A stretch of 64,000 bases of DNA from positions 124,001 to 188,000 of the forward strand of contig JAAOMT010000151.1 of assembly GCA_016748015.1 (NCBI GenBank). The letters run 5' to 3'. The notes below the pieces were generated by a model. The model did not search any database. It was not told the DNA's origin and saw only the letters and a program-made list of their open reading frames with translations. This document shows positions 35,101 through 48,285 of this stretch, piece after piece. This stretch comes from Geosiphon pyriformis uo1. Its lineage: Eukaryota > Fungi > Glomeromycota. Numbering within the stretch: position 1 is the stretch's first letter; every line of letters starts with the position of its first letter. A program made the translations under genes and the position numbers.

Positions 35101-36869
35101 CAATTACAATTTCATTAGGGTTTTGAATTTTTATTTTTAATTCTATGTATTATTTAGATATTAAAATTGGAATTCTGAATTTGTTTTTAAACTAGAAAGT
35201 AAAAAAGATGTTTTTTTCTTTAGTATTTGTTGGTGTCTATCTAAAGATTCTTTGAAGGCTACTAATATCAGTTTTTTGTGAAAACCAAGTAATAAAAGAG
35301 CCTTGAAAATAGCCACCAATAATTTAAAACTTGTAATTAGCATTATATTAATTGGCTGTAGCTGTTTTTTTAAAATTATTTAACTATTTAATTGGATTTT
35401 GTGTATTATTTCTGAATAGTAGTAGTAAAATGTTGTTTTTTTGCCCTAAAACAATTTGTATTCTTTAAAAAGTGGTTAAGATGTTTACTTATATAGGGTT
35501 AACAACCATTAATTCAAGAATAATTATTTATGTAAATTGATCTAATTTACTTGAAAAAAGATCAAAAACAGGAATAATTTAATAATTTTTTTTTGTTTTA
35601 AAGGAAGTTTTAGTTAACTGATAGGTAGCAATTCAGATGTGAATTTGATAATTCAGATATTTAAAAATAAGAGACTGTTATTTAAAAGTTATTGAGTATA
35701 AAAACTAATTAATGTTATTTTTTCTTTTTTAAAATTTTTTTTTCAAAGTAAGCTTAATTAAAGAAATAAATTGTATAGACTGTATAAATTTCAGCTGAAT
35801 ATTTATTCAGAAACTAGTTCCAAAAATCTTAAAATTGTCTACTAAATTGTTTTTCAACAAAAAAGCAAATCAAGCAGAAGGGCAAAAAATTAAATTTAAT
35901 AAAATTTAGATTATTTTTATTATGTACTGCAAAATATTTTTTTGATTGTTATTGTAAGTATAAATAATTATTCATACAATAAGAAACAAAATAGATTTTG
36001 ACAACTTCACAGAAAGCATTATTTTTATGTTATGGATTGGAGTAATAAACTAACAAATAGCAAAGAAAAACAAAACTGTACAGTAATAAAATGGATCAAA
36101 AAAAAATTCAATTTTAAGGAGCAAATTAAATGAGTATAAATTCAATACATGAGACCAATCTTATAAAATATTTTAGTTGCTAATTTTTTTAAAAGATAAC
36201 CAGAAAATTTGAAGATAGAGAAATAGTTTGTACTGTCAATAAATAATAATACATTGATATAATTCTATGTTTTATATTAGTATTCTTAAAATTTAATATC
36301 AGATATTAAATATACTTTTCAATTATATTTTATTTAATAATTTTCAAATACTACAATTATATAATTCAAAAAAAGAGTAAATAAATGCCAACAAATAATC
36401 TTTTATTCCAAGATATTTGAATACTTAAAGATAAAAAAAAGAAAATAAGTGATAAAAAAAAGATTGAGATGATAGTTGTTATTTTATTTATTTTTAATTA
36501 ATTGCTACATGTTTTTCTATAGCTAAAAGACTTATTACTTATATAACTATTAAAAGTAGTCAATAATTAAATTATTAATTAAATTATTAATTACTATCTA
36601 AAAATAGAATAGTTAATTATATAATATTAGTGATTAAAATATGTAATAACTAATAAAACTATGAATTTCAACCATAATACTATTTATATTACTAAAAATA
36701 AAAATATATATACAAATAATAATAGATAAAAAAAAATATTAAGAAATTAAATAAAACTATTTTATAATTATCTTAATTAAAGAATTAAAAACTATTTTTA
36801 TCTTTGAATTAAAATTAGTTTAATAAATATTATTATTAAAACAAATTTATAAATTTAATATTAAAAAAA

Positions 36870-39800
36870 CTTCTTTCTCTCCTTTGTCTAAAATTCCCAA
36901 AAAAGAGTCAAAAGTTTTTTTTGAAAGAAGTTTTTACAATTCAGTATGATAAATCCAAACTTTTTATTCTCAACTACAAGGCCACTATTAACTGTAGTAT
37001 TGCTGTTATGAAAAAGACTGTTAATGATTCTGGTTTTGGTGTTAGCTTCAGACCTGTGCTTCCAAGGAAAAAGAAGAAAGATAGGATTTTAGAAGATGGT
37101 TCTAATGGTGTGAATTTTGGTTCTAAGGTTTAAAATAGTTACTTATGAGATTCAGAGACTGATAAAACTACTAAGTTTGATAGTATTGATATAGAAAAAA
37201 AATGTTTAGTAGAAAAGACCAGTTTTAATTATAGTAAAAGTAGTGCTCTTGCTAATGAGAATCCTAATCAGACACTTACAAGTTTGAAAGTCAAAACCAA
37301 AAAGACATTGAGTAAACTATTGGGAAAAATAAATTTTTCAATAAGCAGTAATGATGATAATATTTTTTTGAATGCCTCACTAAAACTCCCTCCACTTTTA
37401 AAAAATTTGGTCAACATTTCTGTTCATAAATCTTTTACTTTGGATATTAGTCTGGATAAAGTTGTTGGGAAAATGTTTTAAGAGAAACTTTTAGTGGTCA
37501 GAAAATTATTTTCAAGTATTAATAGTTTTGAAGAGGCCTCTACTCCCTTAAAATTTTTTGGAATCATCAAAGCAATATTTACTTCTGATTTGGATTTGAT
37601 AAAAGCCACTGAGAAAACTATTAGTACAAAAATCATAGTGAATACTAATCTCAAAAAATCTATTGGGCATTCAGATCAGGCTGTGGTATTAAAAAAAATT
37701 CCAGTTGGAACTCCCACTGAGGCTGTGCATGCTGCTGTAGCCGAATTTGGAGTAGTTAAGTCGATCAAGATACAACTGTTGGGATTATGGCAAAAGGCAA
37801 TTATCAAATTTGAGGAGCAAAATCAGACTGATCTTTTGGTGACTAAGTAGTCTATTCTAATTGAGAAGAATACAATGCATATTGCTAGGTCCAATATGGA
37901 CAAAAAATCATAGAATGTAAGGAACAGTTATAGGGCACTGCTTTATACTCTTTCTGTAAGAACAAATGCTTATGACATTTGGAATTTTATTGGTTCTATG
38001 GGTGGGAAAACATGTGTGATCAATTGACATCCTGTCACATATGCCTGAGCCAGATGTGCCATTGTTTGTTTTGATTCAGCTAAATCTTTGAATACCATCA
38101 TAGAAACCATACCTGTGTTGAAAGAGGCCAATTTGTAATGGTCTTGTTTAGGTTTTTCTAAGTGTGCCAAGTATAAGAAAATGGGACATATATTATTGGG
38201 CTGTTCTGTGGATGAGAGTTTGTATTCTAATAAGCCATCTCATATGTTACTTTTAGACATAGATAAAAACAGGTTGGCTGCCATTTATTCCAAGCATTCA
38301 GCTCCTATTGCTCATTCTGTTGCTTTTGGTGAAGTTTTATAAACAAAGATAGCTGGTGGACCTTCATTTTTTCTCTTTCTTGTGTAAAATAATTTAGTCA
38401 ATTCTGGCTCCTCTTCAGAGATGAAGTCTACTCTTCCTGTTATGAATAACATTAAAAAAAGGTTTGCTGTTTTGAAAAGCAGTCTTACTAGTCTTGCAGA
38501 ACAGATTAGTGAGTTGGCTAAAAGGTTGAACTTGCTTATGCTGGCAGTTTTCCAGTCTAGCCCTGAATGTTAGCTGCCAGTAACCCTCTTATCACAGAAT
38601 CAGGTGGGCAATATAGTGATAAAAGAGGGCTTGAGTGAGACCACTAGTGGTAAGACTGCTGTGTTTCTGGACTCATCTTCCTCTTCTGATATGGTCAAAT
38701 TTGAGAATATGTTGGAAGGTTTTTCTACTTTGGTTTTTGAGTTTATTAGCTTATCTTGATGGTTTGGTCCTGGCTGGTAATGTGCACCCCCAACCTCCTT
38801 CTTAATGAGTAAGTTAGTTTGGAAAATTGTGACATGTAATGTCAGAAACATGAACAATCCTGCAAAACAAGAGGATATTGTGCATTGGCATAAGAACATA
38901 AACAATCTGATCTTGATTTTTATGAAAACAAAGTTGAAAAAGAAGATTCACTCATAGATTGTTAACAAGTTTAGTGGTGTCTATGTGTTTACTTCTGGTT
39001 TGGACTCTGGTTATTTGGGTTTGGGGATTGCTGTGGTTATAAACAATTTTTTGACAAGGCATGTATATAAGGTTTCTGAGATATCTGGCTGCCTCCTTTT
39101 TGTTAGGTTGCTCTTCAAAAATAAACTTTCTGTGTTAATTTTGGAGTTTTATGCTGACAGTTCATTTTTCTCAAATAGATGATATTAACTCTTTAATTGC
39201 AAAGGCTGTGAATAAGTCTTTTGTCATCTTAGATGGAGATTTCAATAAGAATAGTGTTCACAAATGTGCCAGTTTCAAAAGATGCTTTGATTTGGATTTA
39301 ATCAATTCTTTGAAAGGAAGTTTATTTGCAAAGATGCTAACATGGAGCAATTTTCAAGGTGTCTTAAAGACAATTGATTATGTATTTGTTTCTTCAAATT
39401 TGGCCAATGTGATTATATAATATGATGTTTTAAAAGTTAGTGAACATTTTAACATTGATTATTGAGCTGTTTCTGTGTCTGTGGGTTTGGGTAATTTGTT
39501 GGATGTGCAGTTGAACTCTTTTCACAAACAGGCAAACAAAGATCATTGGAAGTTCAATTTAAAAGGAGCAGGTATTATCAATTAGACTAAGTTCAAGGAA
39601 ATTTTGGCAGTTAATACTACTATGTTCTCTGATAATTTTTTGGTGTTTAAAAGTTTTGCTGATTTAAATGCAATATAAGATACTATCTATAAAGTGGTGT
39701 GCCTTTCAGCTAGAAAAGTCTTCAAAAAAAATTGGTTTAGAAACTATAATAGTGTTTTTACTAAAAAGTCATCCAGATTTTACGAGCTTAAACTTTTGGT

Positions 39801-42800
39801 CTCTAAAATAGTTAAGGCTTCTCAACTGGTTTCTCATAATATGTTTGATTCTTTGCTGGCTAAGTGAGAGAGTTTTGATGCTGCTAATGCAGTAGCTGTG
39901 AAATTGCTTATCAACTTTGGATCTTGTTTTGATGATATTAAATCTGTTTTGGCTAAGGTCAGGAAATTTTATTGCTCTTCTAAACTGTTAAAATCCAAGT
40001 ATGCCAAAGAATCTTGGATCAAACTAGCTGTTGATAAGAAGATAGAAAGTTTTGTATTCAATAAAGATCATATTATCAAAAGTGTGCTGGAGTGTCTTTT
40101 TTAAAAAGTCATGTTGGATCATTTTGTTGTGGATAAAGAGCTGGTCTTGAAACCCAATCTGGTAAAGTTTAAGGTTGATAAGATTATAGAAAGCTAGACC
40201 TGGAAGTGTAAAGTGGTTCCTATTGTCTCTGGTGATTGGTCTTACCAATACTAACTACTGGATTACATATTCGATAATGCTTTTTCAAATGTGATGATTC
40301 CAATTGATTTTGGTGAATTGTTAGGTGTTGTCTCAGATCTGCTTAATAAGAAAGCTGCTGGTCTTTTTAGTATTTTCAATAAGTTGTAAAAACATTGTGA
40401 TAAGTTAATTTTGAACATGCTGCTAGTGTTAATGAACTTTTGTTTGATGTGTAAATTGGTTTCAATGTCTTAAAAAGAGGCTTGGATTTCTATGATTCTG
40501 AAACCATATGAGTAGAAGAGTGTTTTTACGAATACTTGTTCTATTGTTTTAATTGAAACAGACTACAAAATTCTCTCCAAACTTTTTTCAAACAGAATCT
40601 CTTTGGCTTGTAATACCTTTGATGTTCTTTGGAGGAATAATTTTTCTGTTTTAAAGGGCACTATAACACAATCCCCTATTTTTGCTGTTGACTTAGTGAT
40701 TAAAGATGCCTTAAAGAAGGACCAGAAGCTATGGCTGGTTTTGCAGGATATACATAAGACTTATAACTTTATTGGATGAAAGCATCTCAGAAGAGGTCTG
40801 GTTAGAATCAAAATGTGTAAAAAATTTATTAGGTTTTTTGGTAGCATTTACAATAATCAAATTAACAGAATTATAACTGATTTCGGCTTAACTAATGAAT
40901 ATTATGTTCATGATGGGTTGGATCAAGGGGAAGTCTTTTCACCTCTTTTCTGGCACATATTTTATGATTCACTTTTGTGCAAAGTCAAGAGGCAGACAAG
41001 TGTGTATGATTACAAATTGAACTCTCATTTTGTTTTTAGGACAGATCGCATAAATTTTCAGAATAAAATGACAATATTTTTTAATGTTGGTGCTTTTGTT
41101 GATGATACTATCTAAATTGGCAGTAGCCAGATGGCAACACAACATATACTCAATGTTGCCAGTAAAATTTTCAGAATCAATAACATTTCAATAAATAATG
41201 ATAAGACTGTGGTCATTTCAATTAACTACAGGGTTGCAAATCCTTCTCTATTTATTAGTAGTGCACCTATTTCTATTGTTAAAAAGGGTGAATTTTACTA
41301 CTATCTGGGAATATTTTTGTTTTCTAAGGATTTGTCAAAGCTTAGCATGGCTAAGGCATATTTGGATATCTGGTTTTTTACCAATCTCATTCTTAAGAAT
41401 GCCATCTTTGATAAACAATTTTCATATTTGGTGTTAGCAATTCTTCATCTCATTGTAAGCTACAAAAACCAATTCAATTTTATTCCTATCAATGTGTATA
41501 ATAAGTAGGACACTTTGATTTGCAAGAGTCTAAAGTCCAAATCTGGTCTGTCACTCAATTTTTTTAACAATGCACTTTATTATTCTTTTTTGTACAATTT
41601 GAGAACTTTTGAACAGGTTTAAGCTGAAAACAAATCAGCTTCTGTTGTTTGTTTTGTAAATTCTCTTGGTATACTAAACCACTTGTTTATGCACAGATCA
41701 CATGATCTACAAGTCCTCAACTGGCATTCATGCTATCTTTTACTGTTTTCATCTCACATAGCTATTAATTCTTCAAATAATTTCTTAGCTGGCATAGTCC
41801 ACATTTTTTGGAAGTATAATCTGTCTTTGAATGATCTGGTAACCAATACTTTTCATTTTCACAGCAGAATCTTTTTGTCTCTTATTCTTGGTGGTCCTAA
41901 ATATCTCAAGTGTGTCTCTTCTCTTTGGCAGTATGGAATTGTTTTTGCTAAGCAGCTTTGCAGCCATATTGGCACAATATTCGAATGGAAAACAATTAAG
42001 TAGTGGAAAAAATTGGATCTGCATGGACCAGTTCTTGATTGGTTTGAGCATTCTGTTTGTTTTCTAGGTGATGCTTCTTCTGTTTTTGTTAACTTTTCTT
42101 TTTTCCTGGGTGTTAGTTCTTCAAATGTTCTTAAGTTTCATGAGTTTGGGGTCATTTGTAACTATTTGTTGAGTGTTGATACTGGTCATCTTTTGGTCTA
42201 TATGGATGGCTCTCTTATCAATCTGGAAAATTCTGACATGAAGACTGAAACAGCAGTTTTTTTTGAGAATGTTGGTTTGAGTTTAGGGGTTAAGGTTTCT
42301 GGTATGGTGTTTTTCACTATGGCTGAGCTGCAAATTATTGCATTGGCACTCAAGTGTGTTTTTTCCACCAGCTTGGTTCAAATTTTTTCAGATAGTTAGT
42401 CTGCTTTAACTGCTTGCAAATCATAATTGGGTTTGTTGTGCCCTAATTTTTGGAATCAATGTTAGATTGAACACTGCTATATAGTGGGTTTTATTTGTGC
42501 TAAGAATTTGGATGTCAATTGAATTAAAGTAAAAGATTATTTGGGTGTTCTTGGCAATAAGCATGCCAATGCTTTTGCTAAAGCTACTTCTTTTTTTGAT
42601 TGATGTCTCCTTCATCAGATCAATGAATATTGTATTGAAGGTGGTGGCTATATTGTTTCTGAAAATTCTAAACATTTTGTGCATAATATTTTTTGATCTA
42701 TTCACTGTGTGTGCTGAGAGGCTGGCTTTGGTGCTTGTGTAGTGGTGTCTAGCTTATAGGCTGATATTGACTGGTTTAAATTATCTTTGGTGTGGCATCC

Positions 42801-43620
42801 TGATTTTCATTTGGCAGCCAGCTTCAATAGTAGATTTATAACTGGTATTTGCATGTATTTTATGAAGACTTTGCATCATCAACTCCCTATTGTTATCTGT
42901 AAATGCTTATATAACAGATATTATCCAAATATAGTGTATTTGTTTTGTGATAACATTGAGGTCTCAAACCATGTTTTTTTTTGCTTATTTGATTTTGTTG
43001 CTTGTGTTTGGCTGCTGAATGCTCATATAGCTAACTGGGGAAAGCTTTCTGGTTTTCATCTTTTATCTTCCTATGTGTTACAACTTCTGTTTTTATGTGT
43101 TTCTAACATTGCAGTATGTGCAGCTTTGTACAAGGGTTTTGTTCTCAATAATTGGTATCAAGAATTTCTCTTTGTGTTCAAAAATCCTAAGATTGCTGGC
43201 CAGACAGTTGTAAATTTTGTGCATAAGTTTTGTCTTGCTTTTTGGAATAAAGTTTAGTTAACTCATATTAAGTACTGGACATTTATAGAGAAACATGGAC
43301 TAATTCTGCTAAATGGATCTATTCCAGTCTTGGTTACTGGGCTTTTTTTAACACTTTCTGCTGAGGTGGTTAGGTTGTTGGGTATTACTAATGCTTTTAG
43401 TGTTAGTTTTGGGCTGCATAAATTTTTTAGGTTTTTTTTAGGTCTAAGTAATAAGGTTTCAGTTCATATTAACACTTAGTATTGTTTTGACTAGCCTGAG
43501 TGGCTGGTCACATGTAGAAAATACATGATTCATGCCTAGTTTAAATTACTTGGATAATATATTGTACTAAATAGTATTTGAATCTCACTCATTAAATTAA
43601 ATAAAAAAAATAAATAAATT
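36870..43620 (+). mobile_element. Decayed full-length LINE: ORF1 (two RRM-like repeats plus CCHC) and ORF2 (APE-RT-RNase H-CCHC)
   Basis: ORF1 about 37008-38808 (VVLKKIPVGT..FG.VKSIK, RALLYTL, C..(C)..GH...C). ORF2 38805-43479: TCNVR, LDGDFN, TIDY (APE); QGEVFSP and AFVDD (RT); YMDGSL, AELQ and FSDS (RNH). A-rich tail at about 43595-43620. Ends are approximate. Confidence 0.9.
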
Positions 43621-45352
43621 TAATTTATTATTGTTGACAAATTAATTTGTAATTATTACAAAATTACAGATATTAAAAGCATAATTTAAATACTATTATT
43701 TTAAATTAATAGTTTTTAATTATAATTATAATATTAATTTTTTATTTTCTTTATTTTTTTGTTTTATTTGTTATTTTATTATTGTTTTAAATTTATTTAT
43801 TGAAAAAAATAGCATTAAAATTACAATATTATAAATAGTTTGGTAAAAAATATATACTATAAGTATAAAATCAAATTTTTAAAATTAAATACTTTATTAA
43901 AAAGTAAAAACCACCAAAATAAATCTATTAAAAAAAATTAAATATTAAGTATTAAAAACTATTAAATTATTAAATCTTAGTTTTTAATATAAAAATTTCA
44001 AGTAAAAATTTTTTAAATTAATAAAATCTTTAAATAAAACTAATATATAATAGTACTAAATTACAGAATATTATTACAAAAATTTATTTATAATATTAAC
44101 TATTTTTTATATATATATATAAAAAATTTAAAAAAATTTTCAATTATTTTTCTTAAATAAAATATAAAATATACATATAAACAAAAAATAAAAATAAATT
44201 AAATATATTCTAAGATACTATAATTAAACAAAAACAAAATATTTTAATTTTAATATATTTATTAAATAAAAAAAAACTTTTATTCTTTTTAATTTTAAAA
44301 CAATTAAACATATTTAAAATTCCAAATTTTACTATTATAAATAAAAATTTTATTAAAACAAACAAAAAATATGTATATTAATATATAATAATAAGATTTA
44401 TTATATTTTATTTTAAATAATAACATTTTTATTTTGTTTTTTTGATAATATTATAATTTTTTAATTTTATAATAGATTTAAATATAGCATTTATAATTTA
44501 AGTTTTTTATAAAAAAGTAACATAATTTTTATTATGTTAAAAATTAAAAATTTTAAACTACATAAAAAATTTGAAACATATTATTAAATAAAATTTAAAA
44601 AATTTTATATTAAATTTTTTTTAAAATAATTAACCTTTTTTTATTTTTAATTAATAAAGTTTTAAACATAAAAATTTATGAAAATAATTTTTAAAACTTA
44701 AGCTACAAATTAATATATATATTTTTGTGTTAAAATAATTATTAAAAAATTTTCAAGTTTAAAAAAAAGATTTAGTAAAGTTTAAAAAAAAAGGTTTAAA
44801 AAAAATTGGCAATATTATTTATTTCAGATTTTTTTATATTTAATAAAGTAATTGATAAAATTTAAAATAAATTTATTTTCTATTGAAATATGCAATTTTT
44901 TGTTAGTGTTATTTTTTTGCAATATACTGTATTACTTAAAAAACAAGAAAAATGACAAAATGAAACATTATAAAATGTTACAATTATAACTGAATTTTGA
45001 CCTCTGAAATTCTTGGTAACACCATATTACAAAATACTATTTTTTATATTTGGTTTTTAATTATTAAATTTAATATAAATCTTTCCTTGAATTAATATTA
45101 GATTTTGATTTGAAACAACCTTTAAATCATTAATTTCCAGGTTTTAATCAAAAGATCAGTTGAAACATGCTAAATGTCAGGTTTAATGAACAAATTCTAA
45201 AGACTCGAGTGCGGTTATAAAAGTTTGGGTTATAGTATTACAATCTATTGTTTAATGTGTAAAATTGATACTAGACTTAAGTCGGAAAATTAGAATGAGA
45301 TTCAGATCAAAAATATTTTCAATTGGGTAACCACCTTTCGTCGATAAAATTT

Positions 45353-47942
45353 TTACTGGGGGGCTCTTACATGAAAATTGACGATAGTGGGCTGCAATAG
45401 GGTGTATTGCACCGATATGATAAACGGGAACCAAGGATGGGAGATAAACGAAACATAACGCCTAAAAAATTATATCTTCAAGGTTAGTCACCCAGGGATT
45501 ATAGAAAGAAAATCAAATTGAAGGGACTTACTTTACTCGGTTGGCACCACGGGTGGAAGGTGTCAATTGTATTTGGAACTTGAATTCTCCAGTTGCACGA
45601 GAATAAAATTTTGCTGGACCATCGTGGGAGGGCTTAGGACTACGAGTATTTGTTTAATAAGATATGGTTAAAATAGTTCAATAAAAAAAGCCGAACCTAA
45701 GCAAATTTATTTTCAATACCGGTCTGATGCGGAAATGATCTTTTCATCATAACTAAACAGCGATTGGTCAAAATAAGGACTCTCACTACGAGATTGAGGA
45801 CAAAATGGTAAGCATGCGAGAACTCGTTTGATTGCCTGCGTTGGTCTAAAAAAATGAACGAAGGGTTAAAATGCAACCTATAAATTGAGGTTGATTGATG
45901 CTTTAACCTACCCTCCATTCCTGGCATATCGTACTGCATATTGATGCTTTTTCAAATTTTCTCGGGCATATGGATTATTCGAATAGGTTGAATTGAAGAA
46001 GAAGGGTTCATTGAAAGCTGTTTGACGATATATTTCACTCGACCTTTCGAATTCTTCCAAAAATTCTTCTGACGCATTATCATACACAGATTCTATATCC
46101 GCGTTTTGATGATTATACATAACAAAGAAAGCTGGATGGATAGCATTTTCTGAGTGCTTTCAAGATAAACAGGTCACGTAAGAAATTTGATATTAGATTA
46201 AAGGATCCTACATGTATACTTACACGGCCAATGACACAATCTAAACTTGTAAATTTGATCAAGAGACGGGACTCGTCAATAAATTGCATTCGCCACATGA
46301 CTAAGGATATTAGTTGTCCAAAGATTTGGTAAAAATGACGGAGTGCTGATCCACTAAAAATTTGAAAGATATTCCGAGTTAAGTTATAAGTGATGAGAGC
46401 GCAAACGTCAAAAAAAAGACAAATTACCCATCATCCTTATTAAAAGCTTTCTTAAACAAATAACTCAAGAGCTTTTGTTTGATTCCGCTAAAAGGAGGTG
46501 AGCCCTGTAGAGATTAATTTGATAAATGAAATATTATGGATTTACTACTTTATGAGAATAAATAAATGCCTATCTTACTTCTTCAGTAGAAGGTGGTTGA
46601 ATAATGTCCGATACATGATTGATGGAGGGTTGAGAAGTAGAATTTAGGGAGCTCGCTGACGGCACTTCATATTCCATGGGTACATTTACATTGATATCCT
46701 CTTGCGAAAAGAGATGTGTGGTGTTTTTCAAAATATCTTCATATATATAATTATCGTGTGAGAATTTTCGTCGTTTCTTGGGATTTCCATGGGTCCGGCA
46801 TTGGGCCTCATATTGAGCGTCAAATTCTCGATATTGCGCCAAAACAAGTCCATCATCATCATGATTAAACCAACCGATGCTTCGCACATTTACAAAATGG
46901 CCATCATCCTGGTGACGGATTTAGAAGATTATTCAGATTTTTGCTCCGAAAGAATCAAAAACTTCAAGCACATCATTTTTTAAAAGGAATATTTTTCACC
47001 TTAATGTGAAGTATATGGATCGTTTGATTTTGGACTGAAAGTATAGCAAACAAATTTCCAATTAGTCCGACTCCAGAATGATGTTGAAGATATATGCATT
47101 CACTTTTATATTTTATTTTGTCGCAAATCTTAATAGTTTTATAAGTGTTAAAAGGTAGCAGAAGAATGTAAATATTGGAGTTAAAGAGATAAATCGAAAC
47201 CTGTCCAGTCTCAATGTGAACTATATAGAAAGTAATATCGTCAAAGGTCGAAAGGGAATTCAATGAACATGGATACTTGCGAGCTTCATCCGGGGAACAG
47301 ACTGATTGAGCGGAAGAAGCTAGAATCATCTAGTATGTGGATCCGAAATAATTAGTTTCAAAGTATTAGGCGTAAATGAAGAAAACTTGCTTACATATTT
47401 GTTATTTTTCGTAATCAAGCAAAAATCCTTGCAAAGAAGCTCTGCATAATTTTCAGTAATACTGTTTTCGTACTTTAGCCAAAAAAATTTTTCAAAAGTA
47501 TACTGTAAGTTAAGGAGTAAATTAGATTGTAAATATGTAACTTAAATTTTTGATTTAATTAAAGGATATGCATTGTCTGAATTAATGACAGAGTTAACAT
47601 CAAGAGGTGATTCCAGGCATATTGCTTCAAAGTTATAGACTTGAATTACTCTTAAGCAGGAGGAAAAGCAAATCATGTGCTGATGGATCATAATTATTTT
47701 ACAAAATTCAGTAAGAAATTGACAATTGTGAAAGAAATACGTCTTTTATATACCTGTCCGTCGGGAGTGAACCTTCGAAAAATAGCCGAGTTAGGAATTT
47801 TAACATCAAGTATAGATTCATTCGGATATATTGAAGAATAGAAATTTCGATTTTTGGAAATGTTGGTGTTGGGTCTTAAGCAATTGATCTCTCTGTTTAA
47901 TAAGGCTTCAACACAGTTATTACTTTTCGATGATAAATTCAT
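45353..47942 (-). CDS. DET1: De-etiolated 1 (DET1) homolog, multi-exon
   Basis: LLNREI..RNFY.SIYPN..RRFTPDGQ, LCKDFCL, FAILSVQNQTIHI, MWRMQFIDESRLLIKF, SNNPYAR and C-terminal HPWFPFIISVQ..VNFHVR. Confidence 0.92.
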
Positions 47943-48285
47943 TTTTCAAGTTTTTAGACTTCCTCAAAATAAGTATAGATGCCCAAGATCAAACAAAGAC
48001 AGGAGGTTTATAAAGAATCGAAAATTGTAAATTAACTGCCAGGGGAGTTAAACTAAAGGAAAAGAGGGTTGAAAAAGTTGGAAACGCGAAATGATTTAGT
48101 TGGTAATAGAGTCACCAAGTCAGCAGATAACTGATAATAATAATGATTGATGATTGATCAACTGCAGAGCTTGTAACTTCGAGAGCTCCTTAATTATAAG
48201 CTTTTCCAAGGATCTCTTGACCGAAATTGTTAACAGATTACCGATCCAGAATTTTCAAAACCCTTGTGAACAGGACATAGTTTTC

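Larger units (their letters stand above)
5496..36679 (-). mobile_element. Oldest Ty3/Gypsy element E (same family as B/C), interrupted by D, A, B and C; integrase and 3' LTR not found
   Basis: 5496-6668 matches the RNase H/RT of B and C. 33052-36027 matches their PR/gag (ORF 34107-34433 is equivalent to 18827-19549). 5' LTR is 36028-36679. The two halves join seamlessly across the GTAT TSD of D. Confidence 0.8.
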
